Assembly (NCBI GenBank): GCA_019308995.1
Contig: JAFDHD010000002.1
Coordinates: 2,946-66,945, forward strand
From: Deltaproteobacteria bacterium
GTDB taxonomy: Bacteria; Desulfobacterota; Desulfarculia; Adiutricales; JAFDHD01
DNA: 64,000 nt
Direction of reading: 5' to 3'
Position 1 is the stretch's first letter. Each line of letters starts with the position of its first letter. The notes beneath the pieces are model-generated. The model was not told the origin of the DNA and searched no databases. It saw only the letters and a program-made list of their open reading frames with translations. Below are positions 18,411-27,448 of this stretch, piece after piece. The translations under genes were made by a program, and so were the position numbers.

Positions 18411-19286
18411 ATGAGGCGTCTTTTAATCCTTGTTCTGATCTTGACCTGGCCAGCTTCAGCCTGGCCTTATGTCCCCACGGTGGATGAACTCCTGACCGAT
18501 ATTTCGGCCAGAAGGGTCCACCTGAACTCCCTGGAGGCGGTCTACGAGTCTGCCAGTCCCTCCATTGAAGAGAAAGCCGACTCATTGACCGAGGGCCGGG
18601 AAGAGAGCGCTGACGCTGCGGAGTCGCTGCGCCAAATTAGGCTTCTGGAGAAGATCACCTTTCGCGCGCCAGACAGAATCCGGCTCAACCTCACCTGGTT
18701 CGATCGGGAAGAGGTTTTTCTGGCAGCCGGGGTCAAGACTCTTGCCTTGATCGGTGATCAGGCTCAGGAGACACCCTGGCCTCAGCCCTTTCTCCTCTTT
18801 CGGCTCCTGATTGATTCAGAAGCCACCAGGCTGCGTGAACTTCTTTCTGCCTTTGGGTTCAACCTGCAAAAAATATCCCTGGGCAGACATCATAACAAGA
18901 TCGTTTTTATCCTCGGCGCCCGTGCTGGTGATCTGTCCCAGTCTCAGGCCTGGTTTGACCGTGAAACACTGCGCCTGACGCGGCTCATCCTGCCACCCGG
19001 CCGAAACGCTCCTGGGTATGATCTCGAACTCTTGAACTACCGGCTCCATGAGCAGCGGGTGGACTGGCCGGACGTTCTGGTCTCCCGACAGGATAACAGC
19101 CCGGCCTTGACCATGACCCTCAAATCCCTGATCATCAACCCCAAGACCGAGGCATATCTCACCGATCGGCAAGAGGCCGACCGGCCCGAGGCTTCGGCCC
19201 TTGACCCGGAAGAAATCCTGGCCCAAGACCCGGATGTGATCAGAATCCGGAAGATGATGGAAAGGTTACAGAAGAAGTTGGAGTGA
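18411..19286 (+). CDS. Secreted hypothetical protein (LolA-like?)
   Basis: MRRLLILVLILTWPASAWP signal peptide. The ORF is open from 18333, so the start is uncertain. Confidence 0.5.
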   Translation: MRRLLILVLILTWPASAWPYVPTVDELLTDISARRVHLNSLEAVYESASPSIEEKADSLTEGREESADAAESLRQIRLLEKITFRAPDRIRLNLTWFDREEVFLAAGVKTLALIGDQAQETPWPQPFLLFRLLIDSEATRLRELLSAFGFNLQKISLGRHHNKIVFILGARAGDLSQSQAWFDRETLRLTRLILPPGRNAPGYDLELLNYRLHEQRVDWPDVLVSRQDNSPALTMTLKSLIINPKTEAYLTDRQEADRPEASALDPEEILAQDPDVIRIRKMMERLQKKLE

Positions 19287-21754
19287 ATTCCTTATCTGAC
19301 TCTCTGGCCGAAGTGGCCGTGGCCCTGCCCGTGCCTGGGACTTTTCATTATCTGATCCCGGCCGAACTGGCCCCTGGCCTTGAGCCGGGCAGCCGGGTTC
19401 TAGTTCCGTTCGGCCCCCGTCAGGTCACGGGGTATGTCCTGGACATTCTTTTACCCGGTGGTCTTCCAGAGGCTGGGATTGAGATTAAAGAGATCCTGCA
19501 GCCCCTCGACGACGAGCCCCTTTTTGGAGCGGACCTTATCTCCTTGTTTCGCTTTACCGCCGACTACTATCATTATCCTTTAGGCCAGGTTATTGCGGAG
19601 GCCCTGCCAGCCGGCCTCAAGGTCATGAGCTGGCGCATGGCCGTGCTTACCCCGGCCGGCCGTCAGGCCTGCTCAGACGGAAGCGCCTCGCCGGAGGAGG
19701 CCCGGCTGCTCAAACGCCTGGCAAGAGGCAAGGGCCTGGCCCTGGCCCGCCTGGCCGGGGATAAAACAGAACCCCTGAGCCTGATCCGCCGCCTGGAGGC
19801 TCGAGGCTGGCTCAGGTGTGAGACCCGCCTCAAAGGAGATCGGGTTCGCGCCCGGACTGAACGCTGGCTGACTCCGGCCCCTGGCGCTCCCGATGATCCA
19901 GCCGCCCGGCTCGGCCCCAGAGAAAAGGAGCTGCTCGATCTCCTGACCGACCAGGGGCCTCTCCCAATGGCCGATCTCAGGGCGCGCTTTCCTTCACTGC
20001 ACGAGATGGTCAAACGGCTCCAAAGAAAGGGCCGAGTCGAAATCGAGGAAAAGGAGGTTTACAGGGATTCCCTGGGCCGGGCCCTCTCCTTTGATCCAAA
20101 GCCCTGTGAACCGACTGCGGAGCAGTCTCAGGCCATCAAGACCCTGACTAAAGCCGTTCAAAGCCGGAAATACGCCCCCTTTCTTCTCCACGGCGTCACC
20201 GGGTCAGGCAAGACCGAGGTTTATTTCGCTGCCGCGGCCCAGGCCCTCGAGCAGGGCCGAACCGCCCTGCTCATCGTGCCGGAGATATCCCTGACTCCAG
20301 CCATGGAAGGTCTTCTGCGCGCCCGCTTTGACGAGGACGTGGCTGTGATACATTCCGGTCTTTCTGAAGGCGAACGCTACGACCAGTGGCTCAAGATCCG
20401 CCGGAAACAGGTGCGCCTGGTCCTGGGCGCCCGCTCGGCCATCTTCGCGCCCCTGGAAGACCTGGGCCTGATCGTGGTTGATGAAGAACACGACGGGGCG
20501 TACAAACAGGAAGAAAAACTCCGCTACCAGGCCCGCGACCTGGCTTTGGTTCGGGCCAGCCACGCCAAAGGAGTGGTGATTCTGGGTTCAGCCACCCCGT
20601 CCCTGGAGAGTTTTACGCACGCCTGCGGCGGCCGCTACAATCTCCTGACCCTCAGCCAGCGCGTTGGCAAAGGCCGTCTCCCTGAAGTGGAGGTCATTGA
20701 CCTTCGCCGCGGCTCCAGGCGCGCTCGCGGCGCCCTGACACCGACACTAAAGGAGGCGCTGAAAGAGGTTTTAACCCGGGGAGAGCAGGCCCTGCTTTTT
20801 CTGAACCGGCGCGGCCTGGCCCCGCTGCCCATGTGTCTTTCCTGCGGTCATGTCATCAAATGCCGCAACTGCAGCGTTTCCCTGACGCTGCATCAGGGCC
20901 CAAACGAACCTGACGGCCAGCATCATCTTGTCTGTCATTACTGCGGTTTTGAGATTCCTCAGCCCAAGAAATGCCCGGCCTGCGGCTCAAAGGCCTTCCG
21001 GTTCATCGGCCTGGGCACCGAACGACTGGAAGAAGAGGTGAAAAAAATTTTTCCCGAGGCGCGGGTCAGCCGCCTAGATGCAGACACGGCGCGCACAAAA
21101 GGAAGCCTGGGAAAAATTCTCCGCATGCTGCGTCAGGGAGAGCTCGACATCCTGGTCGGCACCCAGATGATTACCAAGGGTCATGACTTTCCCAATATCA
21201 CGCTGGTGGGGGTCATCGAGGCCGACCTCGGACTGCATCTGCCTGACTTTCGAGCCGGAGAGCGCACCTTCCAGCTTCTGGCCCAGGTTGCCGGCCGGGC
21301 CGGTCGGGGCGAAACTCCGGGTCGAGTCATCATCCAGACCCTGAGCCCCGGGCATTACAGCCTGTTGAGAGCCAAGGACCATGATTTTTTGGGGTTTTAC
21401 GAGGAGGAGCTGGCCCAGCGCCGCACGCTCCACTACCCGCCTTTCTCCCGGCTTGCCTTGGTGCGCTTCCAGGGAAACTCAGAGGTTAAAACCCAAAACC
21501 TGGCTGAGGAGGCGGCGCACCAGGCGCGGCGGATCGCAAAAGCACGGTCCGACGCCTGGCTCAAAATCGTCGGACCAGCTCCAGCGCCACTGGCTAAGAT
21601 TAAAGGCAAGTTCCGTTTTCAAATCCTGATACACGGTCAGCAGGTCAAACCGCTCCATGCCTTTCTCAAACCCTGGATCGAACAAACACGCCGTCTGCTC
21701 AAAGGCAAGGGGGTCTCCCTTTCCCTTGACCTGGACCCCTATCAGGTCATGTAG
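19283..21754 (+). CDS. priA: Primosomal protein N' (replication restart helicase)
   Basis: GVTGSGKTEVYF (Walker A), VVDEEHD, and the Cys-rich zinc region CLSCGHVIKCRNC...CHYCG...CPACGS. Confidence 0.95.
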   Translation: MNSLSDSLAEVAVALPVPGTFHYLIPAELAPGLEPGSRVLVPFGPRQVTGYVLDILLPGGLPEAGIEIKEILQPLDDEPLFGADLISLFRFTADYYHYPLGQVIAEALPAGLKVMSWRMAVLTPAGRQACSDGSASPEEARLLKRLARGKGLALARLAGDKTEPLSLIRRLEARGWLRCETRLKGDRVRARTERWLTPAPGAPDDPAARLGPREKELLDLLTDQGPLPMADLRARFPSLHEMVKRLQRKGRVEIEEKEVYRDSLGRALSFDPKPCEPTAEQSQAIKTLTKAVQSRKYAPFLLHGVTGSGKTEVYFAAAAQALEQGRTALLIVPEISLTPAMEGLLRARFDEDVAVIHSGLSEGERYDQWLKIRRKQVRLVLGARSAIFAPLEDLGLIVVDEEHDGAYKQEEKLRYQARDLALVRASHAKGVVILGSATPSLESFTHACGGRYNLLTLSQRVGKGRLPEVEVIDLRRGSRRARGALTPTLKEALKEVLTRGEQALLFLNRRGLAPLPMCLSCGHVIKCRNCSVSLTLHQGPNEPDGQHHLVCHYCGFEIPQPKKCPACGSKAFRFIGLGTERLEEEVKKIFPEARVSRLDADTARTKGSLGKILRMLRQGELDILVGTQMITKGHDFPNITLVGVIEADLGLHLPDFRAGERTFQLLAQVAGRAGRGETPGRVIIQTLSPGHYSLLRAKDHDFLGFYEEELAQRRTLHYPPFSRLALVRFQGNSEVKTQNLAEEAAHQARRIAKARSDAWLKIVGPAPAPLAKIKGKFRFQILIHGQQVKPLHAFLKPWIEQTRRLLKGKGVSLSLDLDPYQVM

Positions 21755-22049
21755 CCGCAACAGTTTGATCCTAACCGGCCCTCCCTGTCAGGCCGGGCCA
21801 ACCGGTCTCAATTACCGCCGGCGTGGCAATGGTCCCTTTGTTTGTATTCATGCCTGACCAGGCAGGAATCCGCACCCCGACAACAAAAGTTGTCAAGGCC
21901 ACCCGCCAGGAAGCGGTATGACTAAGAAAATTTTTTTTAACAACTAAAAATAGAGTTGCAAGATCAGGCCCAAGCATTCTACTTATATATAGTGAAATGA
22001 GGGATGGGTACTTCTTGAAAATGCAAAGTGAATACACAGGAGAAACTAG

Positions 22050-22566
22050 ATGGACGTTCGCATGAAAGCTTCACTGGAGGCAATTTTCAGTCCGCGTTCC
22101 GTGGCCGTTATCGGGGCGAGCAACAATCCGAAGCGCTGGGGCTTTGAAACTATGATGACCATGCTGGCGGCGAACTACCGTCATGAGCTTTATCCCGTGA
22201 ATCCGAACGAACGAGAAGTTATGGGCATGCGCTGTTATCCGAGTCTCGCACATCTCCCCGGGGAGATTGACCTGGCGGTCATCGTGGTCAATGCAGCCCT
22301 CGTTCCAGGGATCATAAAAGAATGTATTGCTAAAAAGGTCAAAGGAGGCGTCATCATTACGGCCGGCTTTGCTGAAATCGGTTCTGAAGGCGCCGCCTTA
22401 CAAGAAAGGCTGACCACGGAAGCAAAGGCCGCCGGGTTCTATTTTATCGGACCGAACTGCATGGGTGTCTGGAGTTCTGCCGGAAGGGTCAACACCATCT
22501 ACTGGCCAGACCTGGTCCCCGGGCGCGGTTCCGTCTCGTTCATCTCGCAAAGCGACACCCTGGGCG
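22050..22566 (+). pseudogene. ADP-forming acetyl-CoA synthetase (acetate--CoA ligase family), N-terminal CoA-binding fragment
   Basis: FSPRSVAVIGASNNPKRWG...YPVNPNEREVMGMRCYPSL...IGPNCMGV...ISQSDTLG. Family similarity then stops and a stop codon follows at 22596. Confidence 0.75.
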
Positions 22567-22856
22567 ATTCTCGCGAATTTATCCCGGGCGGCGTTTAGAT
22601 TGTACCGCATCGCATGGGGTATGGCCACGGCGCAGGACACGCCATGAGCGATGTTGTAATGTCCGCCCAGCGCGTGAGCCATGTCGTGTGCGACTCCCAG
22701 CCCGACGTTTGTAAAGGAGAGTCCGGCCATGGCGCTCGCGATGAGCATGTTGCCCGCCGTCTCTTCGTTTTTTAAATCCGTATGAAAGGGTTTGAGGTTC
22801 TTTCCGATTAATCCGACGGATTCTATGGCAATCGTATCGGTGAGTGGATTTCCCAA
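22560..22856 (-). pseudogene. Internal fragment of an iron-containing alcohol dehydrogenase
   Basis: NPLTDTIAIESV...AMAGLSFTNVGLGVAHDMAHALGGHYNIAHGVSCAVAIPHAMRYN...ARIAQGV. About 100 aa only, with both the N- and C-terminal parts missing. Confidence 0.7.
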
Positions 22857-23016
22857 GGTGGAAGGACACTAATTCCTGAGTAAAATTATCTATAAAGCAA
22901 TCTTGATCGGCCCGCCTGGCTTCGTTCCGAGATGCAACATCGAGGATGTTTAAAAATTTTAATTAAAGCAACCGCTTACCCGACACGCCATGCTGCGATG
23001 CGCGTGGATGATGTCT

Positions 23017-23078
23017 AAAAAAATGCCCGGAAACCATCAGAAGCCTTTAATATCGCTTTTTTCCGATGTTTTCCGGGC
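23017..23078 (-). terminator. Rho-independent terminator of the Tat-SBP gene
   Basis: On the minus strand, GCCCGGAAA...TTTCCGGGC is followed by ATTTTTTT. Confidence 0.55.
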
Positions 23079-23091
23079 TGTGCGACCAGGA

Positions 23092-24786
23092 TCAGCTTTC
23101 CAGCCAGGCTTCGCGCAGGGCTTGTTCGGGCCAGAAATATTTATTGGGATCTACGTTTTTGAGTTTATCCGTCCATCCCCACCCATATATTGGCGACAAG
23201 TAAGGCAGGATTTCGGCCTGATCCTGTATTCTCAATACTGCTTTTTTAAACAGGTCTCTTCTCTTCTTAAAATCATCTTCAGCTGCCACTTGATCAAGGA
23301 GCTTATCCAATACTGGATCTTTTAAACCAGTTACCGGGGCATATCCGTTGTAAGGTTTTTCTTGATCTGTATGAAGCCAGTCGAAAATTGGTTTCATGGG
23401 GTCCTCAAATCCCAACGAATAGTGAAGAATGTGATAGTTCATGCTCGTCAGCCGGCCCCAGTACTGCAGCCCCATTTCAGTGATGATCTTGATGCGAAGA
23501 CCGGCCGGAGCGGCCATCTGCTGCACCACCTGGGCCACCATGCTCTGTTTGCCGAAAGTCGTGGTAATATAGAAGTTCACATCCACGCCGTTGGGATACC
23601 CTGCTTCTTTTAATAATTGCCTGGCTTTCTCAATATCCCGTTTACGGTAAGAAATATCGGAATATCCCCAGGGAGAAACTTGCGGGTTGAACGGCTGGCC
23701 CAGCGGCACCGCCAGATCCCCCCAGACCGCCTTGGCCAGTTTCTCCCGATCGAGGCAGTAATCCAGTGCCTGCCGCACCCGAACATCCTTGAATGGTGAG
23801 CCGCCTTTCGTATCATGGCAATTCAAATAAAGCGTGTACGGGCTCATTTTATAGGGGGTCGTATAAAAGCATAATCCTTCTTTTTTATCGCAAAAAACCT
23901 GGCTTGTCTTTTGGCCTTTCAGTTTTCTGGAGAGATAATTGGCTTCAAGCATAATGGCGAATTGTACGTTTCCGGCCCTCAGGGCCAGGGTTCGGGGTGT
24001 TTCCTGGGTAATGACGTTATAGATGACACGATCCAGATAAGGCAATCCTTTAACGCGGTAATCCTTGAAGGCATCGTAAACGGCCCGGTATTTTTGCTTA
24101 TACTCGGCGAGTATAAAGGGACCGGTTCCCGGAGGGCCGGCGGTGGGCGGGGTAAACGTCTTGGTCTGGCCCCAAATCACGCCCTTTGGCACGCAGTCCT
24201 TGGGCAGAATCGGCGCGTTTACCCAGGCGTTGGCCATGAGAAAGCCGCCGTACGACTGCGTGAGGTTGGCCACAAAGGTATATTTGTCCGGGGTTTCCAT
24301 GGAATCCAAAAACATGGTGAGAATTCCTCTCCCATGCGCGAGGTTTGCCGGATCCTGGATCCGCTGGTAATTCCATTTGATATCCTCGGAGTCAAGCTCC
24401 TTGCCGTTATGAAACTTCACCCCTTTTTTCAGATGAAAGACGTAACGCTTGCCGTTGTTCTCAATTTCCCAGCTTTCGGCCAGCATGGGCTTTACATCGC
24501 CCACGGCAGCTATGCTTTTTTCCTGGATAGCTTTCAGCCGATCCCCCATGGAGGTGGGTTGCGTTAAGCCTTCATAAACCAGGCTCATATGGCGCCGCGC
24601 CCAGCCGCCACCCCATCTATGTGGATCAGGGGTCTGGATCAACCACCCAATGCAGGCATTCACGGTGCCGCCCCTTTTGGGCTCAGCAGCCACTGCTGAA
24701 ATTGGAGACAAAGAAATAGCAGCAGTACCAGCAACCGATAATTCAATAAATTCCCTTCGGTTTAATCCTTTCGTTTCCTTGGTCAT
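23092..24786 (-). CDS. Family-5 ABC solute-binding protein with a twin-arginine signal
   Basis: AAGGAGAGG RBS precedes the ATG at 24786. MTKETKGLNRREFIELSVAGTAAISLSPISAVAA is a Tat motif, and the family-5 pattern GTGPF is present. No transporter partners adjacent. Confidence 0.85.
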   Translation of the reverse strand: MTKETKGLNRREFIELSVAGTAAISLSPISAVAAEPKRGGTVNACIGWLIQTPDPHRWGGGWARRHMSLVYEGLTQPTSMGDRLKAIQEKSIAAVGDVKPMLAESWEIENNGKRYVFHLKKGVKFHNGKELDSEDIKWNYQRIQDPANLAHGRGILTMFLDSMETPDKYTFVANLTQSYGGFLMANAWVNAPILPKDCVPKGVIWGQTKTFTPPTAGPPGTGPFILAEYKQKYRAVYDAFKDYRVKGLPYLDRVIYNVITQETPRTLALRAGNVQFAIMLEANYLSRKLKGQKTSQVFCDKKEGLCFYTTPYKMSPYTLYLNCHDTKGGSPFKDVRVRQALDYCLDREKLAKAVWGDLAVPLGQPFNPQVSPWGYSDISYRKRDIEKARQLLKEAGYPNGVDVNFYITTTFGKQSMVAQVVQQMAAPAGLRIKIITEMGLQYWGRLTSMNYHILHYSLGFEDPMKPIFDWLHTDQEKPYNGYAPVTGLKDPVLDKLLDQVAAEDDFKKRRDLFKKAVLRIQDQAEILPYLSPIYGWGWTDKLKNVDPNKYFWPEQALREAWLES

Positions 24787-25111
24787 GGTAACCTCTCCTT
24801 TTTGCAAGCATTTTGGTTCAGAATTCTGGCTAAGCTCATGGTTCAAGTAATCGTCGGTAACATCGTCCCGGATGATTGAATCAGAGCCTCCAAAATCAGG
24901 ATTAAGCTGTGCATTAAAAGTTGACTGAATTGACAAGAAACTATATTTTGACCGGACGGCGTATAAAAATTCCCTTTATAGCGCCGACGAAACATTATGC
25001 GGAATTATGGGGTAGGCGCCGCGAATTCCTTTCTTCACGCCCTCCGACATCCCTCTTAACCTGAAAAATTCAGCGTGAGAGGCCTGTAGTGCCTCGACAA
25101 GAGACGTTTTT

Positions 25112-25142
25112 AACCGATTAAACCGATTAAATCGATTAAATC
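25112..25142. repeat. Tandem 9-bp repeat (AACCGATTA x3.4)
   Basis: AACCGATTA AACCGATTA AATCGATTA AATC, in the intergenic region between the Tat-SBP gene and the ACS C-terminal fragment. Confidence 0.8.
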
Positions 25143-25269
25143 ACATTTTACAATTTTGAGGCATAGTAATCCATTCTATCACCCGTTGTCAAGGGAATTT
25201 TCACAAGATGTTTAAGCAACGTCAATATGTCCCCATAAGTGCAACATAAAATGTCCCCTTTTAGGGTTA

Positions 25270-25803
25270 TTGGTTTATAGTCCGATCGGCCGAGCCGTCA
25301 AGGCCAAGCCCTTCGCAGTACTTTCCGGGGGAGGTGGATTTTGTGTCACCGCGGCAGAAGCCTGCTCCAGAATAGGCCTGGAGCTTCCGGTCATGAGCGT
25401 TGACGCTCAGGCTGAAATCTTAAAGCAGATGAACTCCTTTGCCCCGCCGCCGGTCAACCCCATTGATCTGATCGCGCTCAAGGGCGCTGAGGCTTATGTC
25501 AAGATCATGGAGATCGTCGCCCGCCAGGAATACATTGACGGACTGATCATCTCTTATGGCTACGGCCGTTTTGACCGGACGGCCAGTTCGCGAAGCATGA
25601 TCAGCCGGTTGAAACAAACCGAAGCCGTGGCCACCATCCCGGACCGGTTCAACAAACCTTTAATCATCGTCAATGAAACGTTGAAATCAGGTCCGATTTA
25701 TGAGATTTACAAGAGACATCACGTCCCGTTCCTGGACAGCCCGCTTGACTGCGCCAAGGCCATGCACGGCCTGGTGAAGTACCAGGAGCAAAAGAACCGC
25801 TGA
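25270..25803 (+). pseudogene. ADP-forming acetyl-CoA synthetase, C-terminal fragment
   Basis: KPFAVLSGGGGFCVTAAEACSRIGLELP...PPPVNPIDL...YIDGLII matches the C-terminal flavodoxin-like domain. The central ligase-CoA domain is absent. Confidence 0.7.
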
Positions 25804-25855
25804 AAAATCCCCGGGCTCATTCCAAGGGCCGGTTTCCTCGGAGAAGCGACAAGGA

Positions 25856-27145
25856 ATGCCTGTTAAGCTGATCTCTCAAGCGCTTGGTAAGGTCTTTTAC
25901 GGGTGGTGGATCGTTTTAGCGTCGAGCATCATCTGCCTGCTGGGCTACGGGCTGGGGCTGTATTCGTTTGGCGTCTTTTTCAAACCGATGATGAATGAGT
26001 TTGGCTGGACGCGCGCCATGACCTCAGGGGCATATTCCTTGAGGAGCATCCAGGGCGGTATCTTTTCACCAGTGCTCGGCTGGGCCACGGATAAGTATGG
26101 GCCGCGTATCATTATCTTTTGTGGGGCCTTTGTTCTCGGACTCAGCTTTATCATGATGTACTTTATCCGGTCCCTTCTGGGATTCTATCTGGTGTATGGC
26201 ATTCTGGTCTCGCTGGGCATGAGCGCCATGCTGTATCTGCCGACCATGACCGCCATCTCCAACTGGTTTGTGCGCAAGCCGTCACGGGCCCTTTCGGTCC
26301 TGGCCATTGGCGCCGGTGTGGGCGGTTTCGTCTGCGCGCCTGCCGCCGCTTTGCTCATCAAGTATCTGGGCTGGCGTCTCTCTTTCGTGGTGGCAGGTAT
26401 CATCATCTGGACGGTTTGCCTGCCTCTGTCTCTGGTAGTAAGACATCGGCCGCAGGACATGGGACTCAGATCGGATGGAGACCCTCCTGAGACTGAGCCG
26501 TGTTCAATGAAGAATATTTCCAATGAATCTCCGGGAAGGGATTGGACGCTTAAGGAAGCCCTTTTATCGAAATCCTACTGGCTCCTTTTGACCGCTTTCG
26601 TCCTTTCGGGCATGGGTCATTCCGTCATTACAGTCCACGTTGTGCCTGCCTTGACAGATGCAGGATTTTCACCTGAAAAAGCCGCCTTTTCCCTGGGCCT
26701 CATGGTTCTGATCAGCATTGCAGGAAGGCTTACATTCGGATGGCTCGGAGATTTTTTTGATAAACGCTATCTTTTTCTGGTGACATATTTACTTCAGGCG
26801 GCAGGCATCTTCATCCTGATAGGCGCGCGGCATATGAGTTTGGTATACCTCTTCGTTGTTGTATTTGGCGTTGGTTTTGGAGGCGGTATCCCTCTGGACC
26901 CGGCCATCCGGGCAGAATATTTTGGACGGGCGGCTTTTGCGAAGATCGGCGGATTCATGGCGCCGATGTTTATGATCGCCGGAGTTACCGGCCCTCTGCT
27001 GGCCGGTTACGTCTTTGACCTCACCGGCACCTACAGCCTGATCTTTGCCGCCATGGCGGTGCTCCAAATCATGGCCGCCGTGGTGATCCTGTTCGCCCGT
27101 CCTTCAGAAAGCCCTGAAAGACGAGAGGCGATGGAGGCGGTCTAA
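25856..27145 (+). CDS. MFS transporter (oxalate/formate-antiporter-like)
   Basis: About 12 TM segments. GWATDKYGPRIII and the overall OFA-like layout. Confidence 0.85.
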   Translation: MPVKLISQALGKVFYGWWIVLASSIICLLGYGLGLYSFGVFFKPMMNEFGWTRAMTSGAYSLRSIQGGIFSPVLGWATDKYGPRIIIFCGAFVLGLSFIMMYFIRSLLGFYLVYGILVSLGMSAMLYLPTMTAISNWFVRKPSRALSVLAIGAGVGGFVCAPAAALLIKYLGWRLSFVVAGIIIWTVCLPLSLVVRHRPQDMGLRSDGDPPETEPCSMKNISNESPGRDWTLKEALLSKSYWLLLTAFVLSGMGHSVITVHVVPALTDAGFSPEKAAFSLGLMVLISIAGRLTFGWLGDFFDKRYLFLVTYLLQAAGIFILIGARHMSLVYLFVVVFGVGFGGGIPLDPAIRAEYFGRAAFAKIGGFMAPMFMIAGVTGPLLAGYVFDLTGTYSLIFAAMAVLQIMAAVVILFARPSESPERREAMEAV

Positions 27146-27448
27146 GCGAATATTTTGATAGACCTGTTTGCGATCTGGAAACCCGTGGGATTTTCTGATT
27201 AGCTTGGAATTTATCTCATTTTTAATCAACGCGGCCTTTATTCCATCTTTTCGATCCGTTCAAAATCGGAGCTTTCACATTAAATCGCTTAAACACTGAT
27301 TAAACAATCCCTAAACATTCTGAAAATTAAATTAAAAGGTTGCTTAATAATTAAAAATAAATTACAGGCATCGGAGATTACCTGGTTTGGTTCGTCCTTA
27401 TATTATATTTGACCACCTCTTTATCTAATAGGAGCTGGAGGAGCGATC

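Noticed and set aside
25112-25142. Possibility that the tandem repeat is a CRISPR or minisatellite array.
   Set aside because: The unit is only 9 bp with no spacers and 3.4 copies. That is not CRISPR-like, so I report it only as a short tandem repeat.
27146-27448. A glycine riboswitch upstream of the gcv-like genes (also checked at 31636..31661).
   Set aside because: I could not find the conserved GGAGAG…CACCG…GGGGCAA-type cores of the glycine aptamers. The region is simply AT-rich.
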